Source: Chthoniobacterales bacterium
GTDB lineage: Bacteria > Verrucomicrobiota > Verrucomicrobiia > Chthoniobacterales > Chthoniobacteraceae
NCBI GenBank assembly: GCA_038207335.1
Contig: JBBQZX010000008.1
Coordinates: forward strand, 114,940-178,939
Length of the DNA: 64,000 bases
Direction: 5' to 3'
Shown piece after piece: positions 36,901-45,267 of this stretch (within the stretch, counting starts at the first letter, position 1; every line of letters starts with the position of its first letter). Position numbers and translations under genes: made by a program. The notes beneath the pieces are model-generated. The model saw only the letters and a program-made list of their open reading frames with translations. It did not search any database and had not been told where the DNA came from.

Positions 36901-39900
36901 GAGCGGTTCTACGAGCGGCACCAGCTACATCGTCTTCGGCCATCGCGCGCCCGCGGTGCCGCGCGTCTTCGCGCCAGCCATCGATCTTTCCAGCCTCACC
37001 GGCACCACGGGCTTCAAGCTCACCGGCGTGGCGGACGGCGACAACGCCGGTGGTTCGGTCCGCTCCGCCGGGGACGTGAATGGAGACGGCTTCGATGATC
37101 TGATTATCGGGGCGATCTTTGCCGACGAGGGCGGCGTGGGGAACGCCAACCGTGGGGCCACCTACGTGGTCTTCGGCAAGGCGGGCGGCTTTGGGACAAA
37201 TGGCGTTTTTGCCCTCGGCTCGCTCGATGGAACCAACGGCTTCAAGCTTAGCGGCGTGGCCGACGGAGACTTGTCCGGGTTTTCTGTCAGCGCCGCCGGA
37301 GACGTGAATGGGGACGGTTTCGACGATGTGATCATCGGGGCTCGGAATGCCGATAACAACCGCGGCGCGAGCTACGTGATCTTCGGCAAGAGCAGCTTCG
37401 TGGCGACTCCGACGCCCGGCTTTGCCATCGCCCTCTCCGCGCTGGATGGCACCAACGGCTTCAAGCTCAGCGGCGTGGCCAACTACGACAACTCCGGGAG
37501 TTCGGTCAGCACCGCCGGAGACGTGAATGGTGACGGATTTGACGATGTGATCATCGGGGCGCGTTATGCCGCCGAGGGCGGCAACCGCCGCGGGGCGAGC
37601 TACGTGGTCTTTGGCAAGGCCGGTGGCTTTGGGACGAATGGTGTTTTTGCCCTCTCCGCGCTGGACGGGACCAACGGCTTCAAGCTCAGCGGCGTGGCCA
37701 ACAGCGACTTCGCAGGGTATTCCGTCAGCACCGCCGGGGACGTGAATGGTGACGGTTTCGATGATCTGATCATCGGAGCGCAAAATGCCGACGAGGGGGG
37801 CGTGGACCGCGGGGCGAGTTATGTGGTTTTCGGCAAGGCCAGTTTTTCCGCCACCGCGGGCACCTTAGCCCTCGCCACTCTGAACGGGACCAACGGCTTC
37901 AAGCTCAGCGGCGTGGCCGACAACGACCGCGCCGGGATTTCGGTGAGTGCGGCGGGGGACGTGAATGGAGACGGGTTCGACGATCTCGTCATTGGGGCCG
38001 AAGGTGCCAACGAGGGGGGCATCGACCGCGGGGCGGGCTACGTGGTCTTCGGCAGGTCCGACTTTTCCGCCACCGCGGGCACCTTCGCCCTCTCCGCGTT
38101 GGATGGCAGCAACGGCTTCAAGCTCAGTGGCGCGGCCGACAACAACCGCGCCGGGCATGCGGTGAGCGCCGCCGGGGACGTGAATGGGGACGGGTTCGAC
38201 GATCTCATCATCGGAGCCTACCGAGCCGATGAGGGTGGCTCGGATCGCGGGGCGACGTACGTGGTCTTCGGCAAGGCCGGCGGCTTTATCGCGACGCGTG
38301 TTCTCTCCGCGCTGGATGGCAGCAGCGGTTTCAAGCTCAGCGGCGTGGCCGATCAAGACGAGTCCGGCTATTCCGTCAGCGCCGCTGGTGACGTGAACGG
38401 GGACGGGTTGGCCGACTTCATCATCGGCGCGCCACACGCCACCGAGGGCGTGAGCGTCCCCGGCACGAGCTACGTCATTTTCGGTCGGCCTTCCGCGGCG
38501 CGGGCACCGATCGCGCCGGTCGTTAATCTCGCGAATCTCACGGGCATCGACGGGACGAAATTTCAGGGCGTGGCGGCGGGTGACGACGCCGGCTTTTCCG
38601 TGAGCGAAGCCGGGGACATCAATGGCGACGGGATCGGCGACCTGATCATCGGAGCGATTGGCGCGAGCGCGAACGGCACGTTCTCCGGGACGAGCTACGT
38701 CGTTTTCGGAAGTCTGGCAGGATTCGCCCGGACGCTGAATCTCGCCAATCTCAGCGGCCCCGATGGATTCAAAATTCAGGGCGAGGCGGCGGGTGACCTC
38801 TCGGGACAGGTGGTGAGCAAGGCCGGGGACATCAACGGCGACGGGATCGACGACCTGATCATCAGCGCGCCCGCTGCCGCCCCGAGCGGCTCGCAATCCG
38901 GTGCGAGCTACGTTGTCTTTGGCAGCCGCGCGGGGTTTGGACCGATCTTTAATCTCTCCGCTCTCACGGGCGCGAACGGCTTCAAAATCAGCGGCCAAAC
39001 GGCGGGCGACCGCTCGGGCATTTCGGTGAGCGAAGCTGGGGACATCAACGGCGACGGGATCGGCGACTTGATCGTCGGCGCGGACTCGGCCTCCCCGAAC
39101 GGCTCGCAATCCGGCGCGAGCTATGTCGTTTTTGGCAGCCGCGCCGCGTTCGGTGCGGCGTTGCAGCTCTCCAGCCTCACCCCGGCGCAGGGTTTCAAAA
39201 TTCAGGGAGAAGCGACTCAGGATTTCGCGGGCATTTCTGTGAGCAGCGCGGGCGACTTCAACGGCGACGGGATCGGCGACCTGCTCATCGGCGCGAGCGG
39301 AACGAACGCGAACGGCGGCGATGCCGGCGCGGGTTACGTCGTTTTCGGCAGCCGCGCCGGGTTTGGCTCGGCGCTGAATCTCTCGAGTCTCACCGGACCG
39401 AACGGATTCAAAATCAAGGGCGAGTCGGCTTATGACGGCTTCGGCGTCTCGGTTAGCGGGATCGGGGATATGAACGGCGACGGGCTGGCCGACATCGTCG
39501 TCGGGGCGAACATCCTCGGCGAGCAGGGCCAGAACCACGGCGACAGCTATGTGATCTTCGGCACTCGGGCGAACGTTGGCGCGACCTTGGATCTCACGAG
39601 CCTCACCGGGGCGAACGGCTTCAAAATCGTGCGTGCGGCGATCAACGACTACTCCGGTTTTGCCGTCAGCGGGGCCGGGGACATCAACGGCGACGGGATC
39701 GGCGACCTCATCATCGGCGCACCGCGATCCGCGCCAAACGGCGCGAGTTCCGGCACCAGCTACGTGATCTTCGGCACGCGCGCGGGGTTCGGCCCGACGC
39801 TGGATCTTGCCAGCCTCGCCGGCGCGAATGGCTTCCAGCTCCAAGGCGGCGCGGCCTCAGATCGCGCTGGCAAGTCGGTGAGCGGGGCCGGCGACGTGAA

Positions 39901-42900
39901 CGGCGACGGGATCGACGACCTGCTCGTCGGAGCATACGGGAACGCCTCCTTGGCCGGCGCGAGCTACGTCGTTTACGGGCAGCGTGCCCTGATCGCCGCC
40001 GCGCCGACGGGAGCGGATCTCGAAGTGACGCTCGTCAACGGCGATCTGGTCATCACCGATCTCGTCGGGAGCGGCGAGGCCATCTCGATCCAATCCGACG
40101 TCGCCAATAACCGGTTCATCATCCTCGCCCCCGACAATTCGCTGGGATTCACAAACGTGCTCGGCGCGACCCTCAGCGCCGACCTGCACACGATCACCGT
40201 CCCTTTTTCCACGGTGAACGGGACGACGCTTTTCGTAAATCTGGCGGACGGCGACGACACGCTGACCGTCGATTTCTCGCTCGGGAATTTCAGCAAACAG
40301 ATCAACTACGACGGAGGCTCGAACACCTCGATCGGCGACAGCCTCGAATTAGTCGGCGGCGGCACCTTTTCGGCGGCGACCTTCACTTTTGATGACCTCT
40401 ACTCCGGCAGCATCGACATCATCGGCACGTCGAAAATTTTCTACGCCGGGCTCGAGCCGATCTATTCCAGCATCACCGCCAGCAGCACCACCCTGCAATA
40501 CGGCGACGCCGACGATATCATCACGGTGACCGACGCGGGCGGCGGTTTTACGACGGTGACCTCGACCGCGGGCGAAACGCTCACGTTCGTGAACCCGATC
40601 TACGCCCCTTTCCCGAACACCGGCTCGCTCACGATCCTCGGCGGCGGCGGCGCGGACACGATCAACGTGAATTCGCTCGACGCGAACTTCAACGCGGAGC
40701 TCTACGTCGACACGCAGGGCGGAGGCGCGGACAACGTGAACCTCGCCGCGGGCCTACCGGCGTTGCGCGGGTTGGTCGTGGCTACTGAATTCCTCGGGAC
40801 GCTGCCGGCACTGACGATCAACGGGCCGAGGGGACTCGAAGTGACCGTCTTCCAAAGCGGCGTGAACATCGGCGGGACGATCGATGCGACGGGCTTTAGC
40901 GTGAACTTCGATGTGAACGGCACGATCACCAGCGCGGCCGGGACAGTGGTGAAGGCGCTCGGCGTCGGCGCGACGGCGGTGTCCGGGATCGATCTCCTGA
41001 CGGACGCGGATTTCCTGAGCGCGCGGATTGTCAACGGACAGCTCAGGTTGGAAGAGGCGGGGTCCGTCGGGATTAGCGATCTCGACGCGGGCAGCGGCGA
41101 GATCGTTTTGCTCGGAGGTACTTTTACACTGATCAGAAACGACGTCCTGCACGATGCGAGCGCGATCAGTATTAGTAACGCGACGCTCGACCTCGGAGCC
41201 TTCCACGACACGGTGACGGGCGTGACGCTGATTAGCGGGCGGATCGCCGGGACCGGGAGACTCACGAGCGTGGACACGGGCAGCAGCACGGGCGGCTTCA
41301 CCCTCCTCTCGGGTTCTGTGGACGCAGAGCTCGCAGGCACCGGGCCGATCATCAAGCTCGGGGCGGACACGGTATCCCTCGAGAACAATGGCAACTCCTT
41401 CATCGGCCAAGTCACGATCCTCGGCGGCGTCCTCCAGGTGGCCGGCGACGGCGCGCTCGGCGACTACACGAACGCGGTTTCTTTCGCCGGCGGCACGCTG
41501 CGCACGCTCACCGCATTCACGAGTGGCCGTTCCTTTTTGCAGGACAACGGGAACGGGATCGTCGACGTCGCCGGGCCGAGCCTGACGCTCCTCGGCGTGA
41601 CCGATCCCGCCGCTCAGGCCAGCCTGCTCGCGAACAAACTTGGCACCGGCACGCTGCGGTTCGCGACCGTGTTCGACCCCAACCCAGCGAACGCTGGCGC
41701 TCGGGCGACGATCATCAACGGCGCCTCGATCGCGGTCCGCGGCGGCGGCAACGCAACGGTGAATCTCGTGACGATCAACGGCGTGACGGTCATCGACACG
41801 ATCACGCTCAACAACACCGACAGCCGGAGCACTCTCACTCTAAAAAATCCGAACCCGGCGGGCGCACCGATCGTCATCGGCCACATTGTCAGCTCGGACC
41901 CGAACCAGCAGGTAGGCTCGATCTTCCTGGGTCCCGGCATCATCCTCGGCGACGGCGCGATCGACTCGGTGCCGGAAATCGATATCGCCGGCAAGATCGG
42001 CAAACTTCAGCTCGATCAAATCAGCACCGGCGCACTCGTCCGCATCGGCACCGGCCTGCCTTACAATGTCACCAAGGCGAATGGCCGGCCCGACACGCGG
42101 ACGCCCGACACGTATAATTTTCATCCGACTCTGACTGTCGAAAAGGTTCTGGGGCCGGGCGTGATCATCGACGTGACGGGGAATGGCCTTGGCCCCGACG
42201 AAGGCGGCATCGGCGGCGGAGGACTCGGCAAAGTGACCTTCGGCGAATGGGCGTTTCCCGGCAAAATCAAGACCACGCAAAGCATCGAGAAACTCACGGT
42301 GAAGAACGGCGATTTTTTCGCGTCGCTCGAGGTCGATAAATTTCACAAAGGCGAATTGACGACCGCAAATGTCGGCGCAATCGCGATCGTCAATGGCGCG
42401 TGGGGCGGCTCCGGCACTGAGATCGAGGGGAACGTGAAGTCGTTCAACGCCAACGAGTTTCTCGCCGGAGCGACGCTGCAGGCGGGCAGCATGGGCAAGG
42501 CGAAAACGGATGCCGGGGACTTCGCCGGTACGATCATCCTGAGCGATCCGGATTCGAAATCGCTTCCGGTGTTCACGGTGAAATCGAACTTCACCGGCAC
42601 CGTGATGTCGGAAGGGTCGCTCGGCAAAATCGCGGTGAAGGGCGATTTCAGCGGCTCACTCGAGGCACTGTTCATCGGCGCGATCAGCGCGTTTTCATTC
42701 ACCGGCGCGGACGGCGGCAGCAGCATCACTGCGACGATGGGCTCGCTCGGCACGCTCACAGCCTCGGCGGGTGCCGTGAAGGATTTCACGATCGTCACGC
42801 CGCTGGCTTTTGGAGGGCTCAACGTGAAGCTCTCGAAGGTCGTCGGCGACATGGCGGGCATCGACAACGTCAGCCTCACCGCCGCTTCGATCGGGAAGAT

Positions 42901-44044
42901 CAGCGTGAGCCTCGGCGCTTTGAATGGGACGAGCGGCGCCAATCTCCTCGGCATCCGCGACAGCGAATTCATCACGACGGGCACCGGCACGACGAAGCAG
43001 GAGCTCGGCAGCATCGGAAATGTGAGCGTCAAACTTGCGGGTGTCTCCGGGGGCGCGTCTGCGATCGGCATTCAAAATTCAACGTTCGACGCGCGGGTGG
43101 TGGCCGGGGAATTCGGCCTGAACGCCTCGACGGTGAATCCGCTCGGCTCGATCGCGGTGAAGGTCACAGGCAGCGGCGGCGGGACGATTGGGCTCGATCG
43201 CGTGACGTTCGAGGGCGACACGATCGGCGCCGCGAAAGTGACGGTCGGCGCCGCGAGCGGCGGCACCGCGCACGCCGCGGAGACGGTGGCATTCACCGCG
43301 ACGCGGAGCATTGGCGCGCTCACCTTCGACGGCGACGCCACGAGTGCGCAGGTCACGGGTTTGCTGGTGAACGCTGGATGGGCGGTCGGCGCGGTTTCGG
43401 TGAAATCGAAGGACTCCGCGCAGGGAAGTCTCGTGGACAGCGCGATCCTCTCCGGCCAAAAACTCGATCTCAACAATCTCGCCGCCGCGGCAAAAGACGT
43501 CCTCGACGAGCTGAAACGCGGCACCCTCGGTGCGATCAAACTCACCGGTTCGCTCCTGAATTCCAAACTCGTCTCCGCCAGCAATATCGCCGCGATCACC
43601 GTCGGCGGAAACGCCAGCGATTCGCTCATCCTCGCGGGCGCGCGGCTCGGCGGCGACTTCGAGATCGACGGCAACGAGCTCTACACGCGCGCCGCAGCGA
43701 TCGCTGCCGTCACCGTGAACGGCTCGCTCGCGCGCACCTCCATCGCCGCCGGCGTGAATCCGGGCAACGCCAGCTTTGGCGAAGCCGACGACGTCGCCGG
43801 CGCGGTCCACACCCAGCTCACCGCCGCCGCCTCCAGCAGCTTCATCGGGAACGTGAAAATCGGACTCGGCACCGCCCCGGCGGCGGCGGCGCTGGCGCAC
43901 TTTTTTGCCATCGAAGCAGCATCGATCAAGTCCTTCAAAATCGGCGCAGCCGCTGCGGTGAAAATCTTCGAGCCGTCGCTCTTCCTGAGCGCCGGCGGCG
44001 GAGCAGAAGCAGCCGCGGATATCGGCCTGCGCTTGATCGCATGA
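33902..44044 (+). CDS. Giant FG-GAP (integrin-alpha-like) repeat surface protein, ~3380 aa
   Basis: Start at MRTTISF..IEPLEARIAPA; 28 GDxNGDG..D...G repeats; Gly/Thr/Ala-rich beta-helix-like C-terminal ~1350 aa. Confidence 0.88.
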   Translation: MRTTISFTPRSRRQLTGIEPLEARIAPAFGAVINLADLTGADGFKVRGVADSDFSGYSVSDAGDVNGDGFADVLIGAVRADEGGVNRGASYVVFGKTGGFGASFDLAALNGINGFKVSGVADNDASGRAVSAAGDVNGDGFADLIIGADSADSARGAAYVVFGHAGAFIPALSLSTLSGTDGFKISGAAFSDRAGISVSGAGDVNGDGFDDVIIGAPQANGSGAAYLVFGHAGGFTSVVALSTLGGTDGFKLSGVGSADQAGFAVGAAGDVNGDGFGDVIIGARFANEGGSDRGAAYVVFGKAGGFAASISLSALAGTDGFKLSGVANNDLAGTAVSAAGDMNGDGFGDLIIGADVALVGANARGTAYVVFGKASFTAQVALASLNGTSGFALTGAGNYDHTAFSVAGAGDINGDGFADVIVGAKYAAEGGTLRGASYVVFGKKSSFNPTLALSALDGTNGFKLRGVANGDESGYSVSGVGDVNGDGLADLIIGALSADEGGAGSNRGASYIVFGRAEATPTPFGSILNLSDLTAGKGLKLLGEASGDGSGYSVSSAGDINGDGIDDVIVGARFVNTTGGIQSGASYVVFGSSAGFPASLNFSALTGSNGFKISGAAAYDFSGRSVSAAGDINGDGIDDLIIGADQADANGNANSGASYIVFGSRAAFAANLDLSALNGSNGFKLSGEAANDISGKSVSGAGDINGDGIGDLIIGAPGTDQHGNYTGTSYVVFGSRAGFAPNVNLSALNGSNGFKIIGTSVYDGSGASVSGAGDINGDGIDDLIIGAVPGGNASYVVFGSRAAFPATLDLATPLSGVNGFKVSGAAANDSAGFSVSAGGDINGDGIDDVIIGAYHADPHGNNSGASYVVFGSRAGFAANVNLSALTGLNGFRLAGGAAFDYAGFSVSGAGDINGDGIDDLIVGAPEASPNGGYSGASYIVFGSRAGFGPTMDLSKLTAAAGFKLEGAAAGDRAGNSVRGAGDFNGDGIGDLIVGAPLSDPSGSTSGTSYIVFGHRAPAVPRVFAPAIDLSSLTGTTGFKLTGVADGDNAGGSVRSAGDVNGDGFDDLIIGAIFADEGGVGNANRGATYVVFGKAGGFGTNGVFALGSLDGTNGFKLSGVADGDLSGFSVSAAGDVNGDGFDDVIIGARNADNNRGASYVIFGKSSFVATPTPGFAIALSALDGTNGFKLSGVANYDNSGSSVSTAGDVNGDGFDDVIIGARYAAEGGNRRGASYVVFGKAGGFGTNGVFALSALDGTNGFKLSGVANSDFAGYSVSTAGDVNGDGFDDLIIGAQNADEGGVDRGASYVVFGKASFSATAGTLALATLNGTNGFKLSGVADNDRAGISVSAAGDVNGDGFDDLVIGAEGANEGGIDRGAGYVVFGRSDFSATAGTFALSALDGSNGFKLSGAADNNRAGHAVSAAGDVNGDGFDDLIIGAYRADEGGSDRGATYVVFGKAGGFIATRVLSALDGSSGFKLSGVADQDESGYSVSAAGDVNGDGLADFIIGAPHATEGVSVPGTSYVIFGRPSAARAPIAPVVNLANLTGIDGTKFQGVAAGDDAGFSVSEAGDINGDGIGDLIIGAIGASANGTFSGTSYVVFGSLAGFARTLNLANLSGPDGFKIQGEAAGDLSGQVVSKAGDINGDGIDDLIISAPAAAPSGSQSGASYVVFGSRAGFGPIFNLSALTGANGFKISGQTAGDRSGISVSEAGDINGDGIGDLIVGADSASPNGSQSGASYVVFGSRAAFGAALQLSSLTPAQGFKIQGEATQDFAGISVSSAGDFNGDGIGDLLIGASGTNANGGDAGAGYVVFGSRAGFGSALNLSSLTGPNGFKIKGESAYDGFGVSVSGIGDMNGDGLADIVVGANILGEQGQNHGDSYVIFGTRANVGATLDLTSLTGANGFKIVRAAINDYSGFAVSGAGDINGDGIGDLIIGAPRSAPNGASSGTSYVIFGTRAGFGPTLDLASLAGANGFQLQGGAASDRAGKSVSGAGDVNGDGIDDLLVGAYGNASLAGASYVVYGQRALIAAAPTGADLEVTLVNGDLVITDLVGSGEAISIQSDVANNRFIILAPDNSLGFTNVLGATLSADLHTITVPFSTVNGTTLFVNLADGDDTLTVDFSLGNFSKQINYDGGSNTSIGDSLELVGGGTFSAATFTFDDLYSGSIDIIGTSKIFYAGLEPIYSSITASSTTLQYGDADDIITVTDAGGGFTTVTSTAGETLTFVNPIYAPFPNTGSLTILGGGGADTINVNSLDANFNAELYVDTQGGGADNVNLAAGLPALRGLVVATEFLGTLPALTINGPRGLEVTVFQSGVNIGGTIDATGFSVNFDVNGTITSAAGTVVKALGVGATAVSGIDLLTDADFLSARIVNGQLRLEEAGSVGISDLDAGSGEIVLLGGTFTLIRNDVLHDASAISISNATLDLGAFHDTVTGVTLISGRIAGTGRLTSVDTGSSTGGFTLLSGSVDAELAGTGPIIKLGADTVSLENNGNSFIGQVTILGGVLQVAGDGALGDYTNAVSFAGGTLRTLTAFTSGRSFLQDNGNGIVDVAGPSLTLLGVTDPAAQASLLANKLGTGTLRFATVFDPNPANAGARATIINGASIAVRGGGNATVNLVTINGVTVIDTITLNNTDSRSTLTLKNPNPAGAPIVIGHIVSSDPNQQVGSIFLGPGIILGDGAIDSVPEIDIAGKIGKLQLDQISTGALVRIGTGLPYNVTKANGRPDTRTPDTYNFHPTLTVEKVLGPGVIIDVTGNGLGPDEGGIGGGGLGKVTFGEWAFPGKIKTTQSIEKLTVKNGDFFASLEVDKFHKGELTTANVGAIAIVNGAWGGSGTEIEGNVKSFNANEFLAGATLQAGSMGKAKTDAGDFAGTIILSDPDSKSLPVFTVKSNFTGTVMSEGSLGKIAVKGDFSGSLEALFIGAISAFSFTGADGGSSITATMGSLGTLTASAGAVKDFTIVTPLAFGGLNVKLSKVVGDMAGIDNVSLTAASIGKISVSLGALNGTSGANLLGIRDSEFITTGTGTTKQELGSIGNVSVKLAGVSGGASAIGIQNSTFDARVVAGEFGLNASTVNPLGSIAVKVTGSGGGTIGLDRVTFEGDTIGAAKVTVGAASGGTAHAAETVAFTATRSIGALTFDGDATSAQVTGLLVNAGWAVGAVSVKSKDSAQGSLVDSAILSGQKLDLNNLAAAAKDVLDELKRGTLGAIKLTGSLLNSKLVSASNIAAITVGGNASDSLILAGARLGGDFEIDGNELYTRAAAIAAVTVNGSLARTSIAAGVNPGNASFGEADDVAGAVHTQLTAAASSSFIGNVKIGLGTAPAAAALAHFFAIEAASIKSFKIGAAAAVKIFEPSLFLSAGGGAEAAADIGLRLIA

Positions 44045-44093
44045 GCACGCGCGCGCTCGCCAAGTCGCCTCCGGCCCGCTTTTTTCGCACCCG

Positions 44094-45167
44094 ATGACAC
44101 AACCGCAGCTCGAGATGAGCGGCTCGCGCAACTTCACTTCGTGGCTGCGCGAACAGCGCGCGTCCCTCGCCTTCACGACCTACCAGACCGGCAAACTTTT
44201 CCTGCTCGGCGTGCGGCCGGACGGAAAGCTCTCGGTCTTCGAGCGCACCTTTGAGCGGTGCATGGGGCTCGCCGTTTCGCCCGATGCGCAGACGCTTTGG
44301 ATGAGCTCGATTTACCAGCTCTGGCGCTTCGAAAACGCGCTGCCCACCGGCACCGACGCGCCCGGCGGATTCGATCGGCTCTACGTCCCGCAGCTCGGCT
44401 ACACCACCGGCGACGTGGACGCGCACGACATCGCGCTGGCAGTGCCGATTGAAGCAGAAGCGCGCGCGTCGGGGTCCCCGTCGCCAATCTTCGTCAACAC
44501 CCTCTTCTCCTGCCTCGCCGCCCCGAGCGCGACCCACAGCTTTCGCCCCGTCTGGCGTCCGCCCTTCATTTCGCGGCTCGCCGCGGAAGATCGCTGCCAC
44601 CTGAACGGCCTCGCACTCCGCGATGGCGCGCCCGCTTTCGTCACCGCCGTGAGCACGACCGATGTGCATGAAGGCTGGCGCGAAAAGAGGCGCGATGGCG
44701 GCGTGATCATTGACGTGCCGAGCGGCGAAATCGTCGCGCGCGGACTCTCGATGCCGCATTCTCCGCGACTGCACGACGGCCGGCTTTTCGTGCTGAACAG
44801 CGGCGCGGGCGAGTTCTGCACCGTCGATTTCGCGACCGGAAAAACCGATCCGATCTGCTTCTGCCCCGGCTACGCGCGCGGGCTCGCAATGCTCGGAAAT
44901 TTCGCAGTCATCGGCCTCTCGACCTGCCGCGAGAATCGCACTTTTTCCGGACTCCCGCTCGACGACGCGCTCGCCGCGAAAGACGTGCAACCGCGCTGCG
45001 GCCTGCTCGTCGTCGATCTCCGCACCGGCGACATCGCGCACTCGCTCACGATCGAGGGCGTCGTCCGCGAGCTCTACGATGTGGCCGTGCTGCCCGGCGT
45101 CGTGATGCCGAGCGCCCTCGGTTTCAAGACCGAGGAAATCCGGCGCACGATCACGATCGAGGAATAA
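44094..45167 (+). CDS. TIGR03032 / DUF4915 family protein
   Basis: SLAFTTYQ.GKL, FERTFERCMGL, EDRCHLNGLA, GLSMPHSPR, FCPGYARGL, ELYDV. Confidence 0.85.
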   Translation: MTQPQLEMSGSRNFTSWLREQRASLAFTTYQTGKLFLLGVRPDGKLSVFERTFERCMGLAVSPDAQTLWMSSIYQLWRFENALPTGTDAPGGFDRLYVPQLGYTTGDVDAHDIALAVPIEAEARASGSPSPIFVNTLFSCLAAPSATHSFRPVWRPPFISRLAAEDRCHLNGLALRDGAPAFVTAVSTTDVHEGWREKRRDGGVIIDVPSGEIVARGLSMPHSPRLHDGRLFVLNSGAGEFCTVDFATGKTDPICFCPGYARGLAMLGNFAVIGLSTCRENRTFSGLPLDDALAAKDVQPRCGLLVVDLRTGDIAHSLTIEGVVRELYDVAVLPGVVMPSALGFKTEEIRRTITIEE

Positions 45168-45267
45168 CTGGCCGCGAAGGCTCGCGTAGAATCGTCCGCC
45201 TCGGCTCAAACGGGTTTGTGCTCGCGTTTGAAAGCGCGCGCGCGTTTCTGTAGCCTCACCTCTTTTC

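Noticed and set aside
33932..39844. Long repetitive minus-strand ORFs (390, 744, 659 aa)
   Set aside because: Antisense shadows of the FG-GAP array in high-GC DNA.
34000..39990. ~215-bp periodic repeats as a CRISPR array or DGR template/variable repeats
   Set aside because: In-frame coding repeats with synonymous variation; no cas or reverse transcriptase gene in the window.
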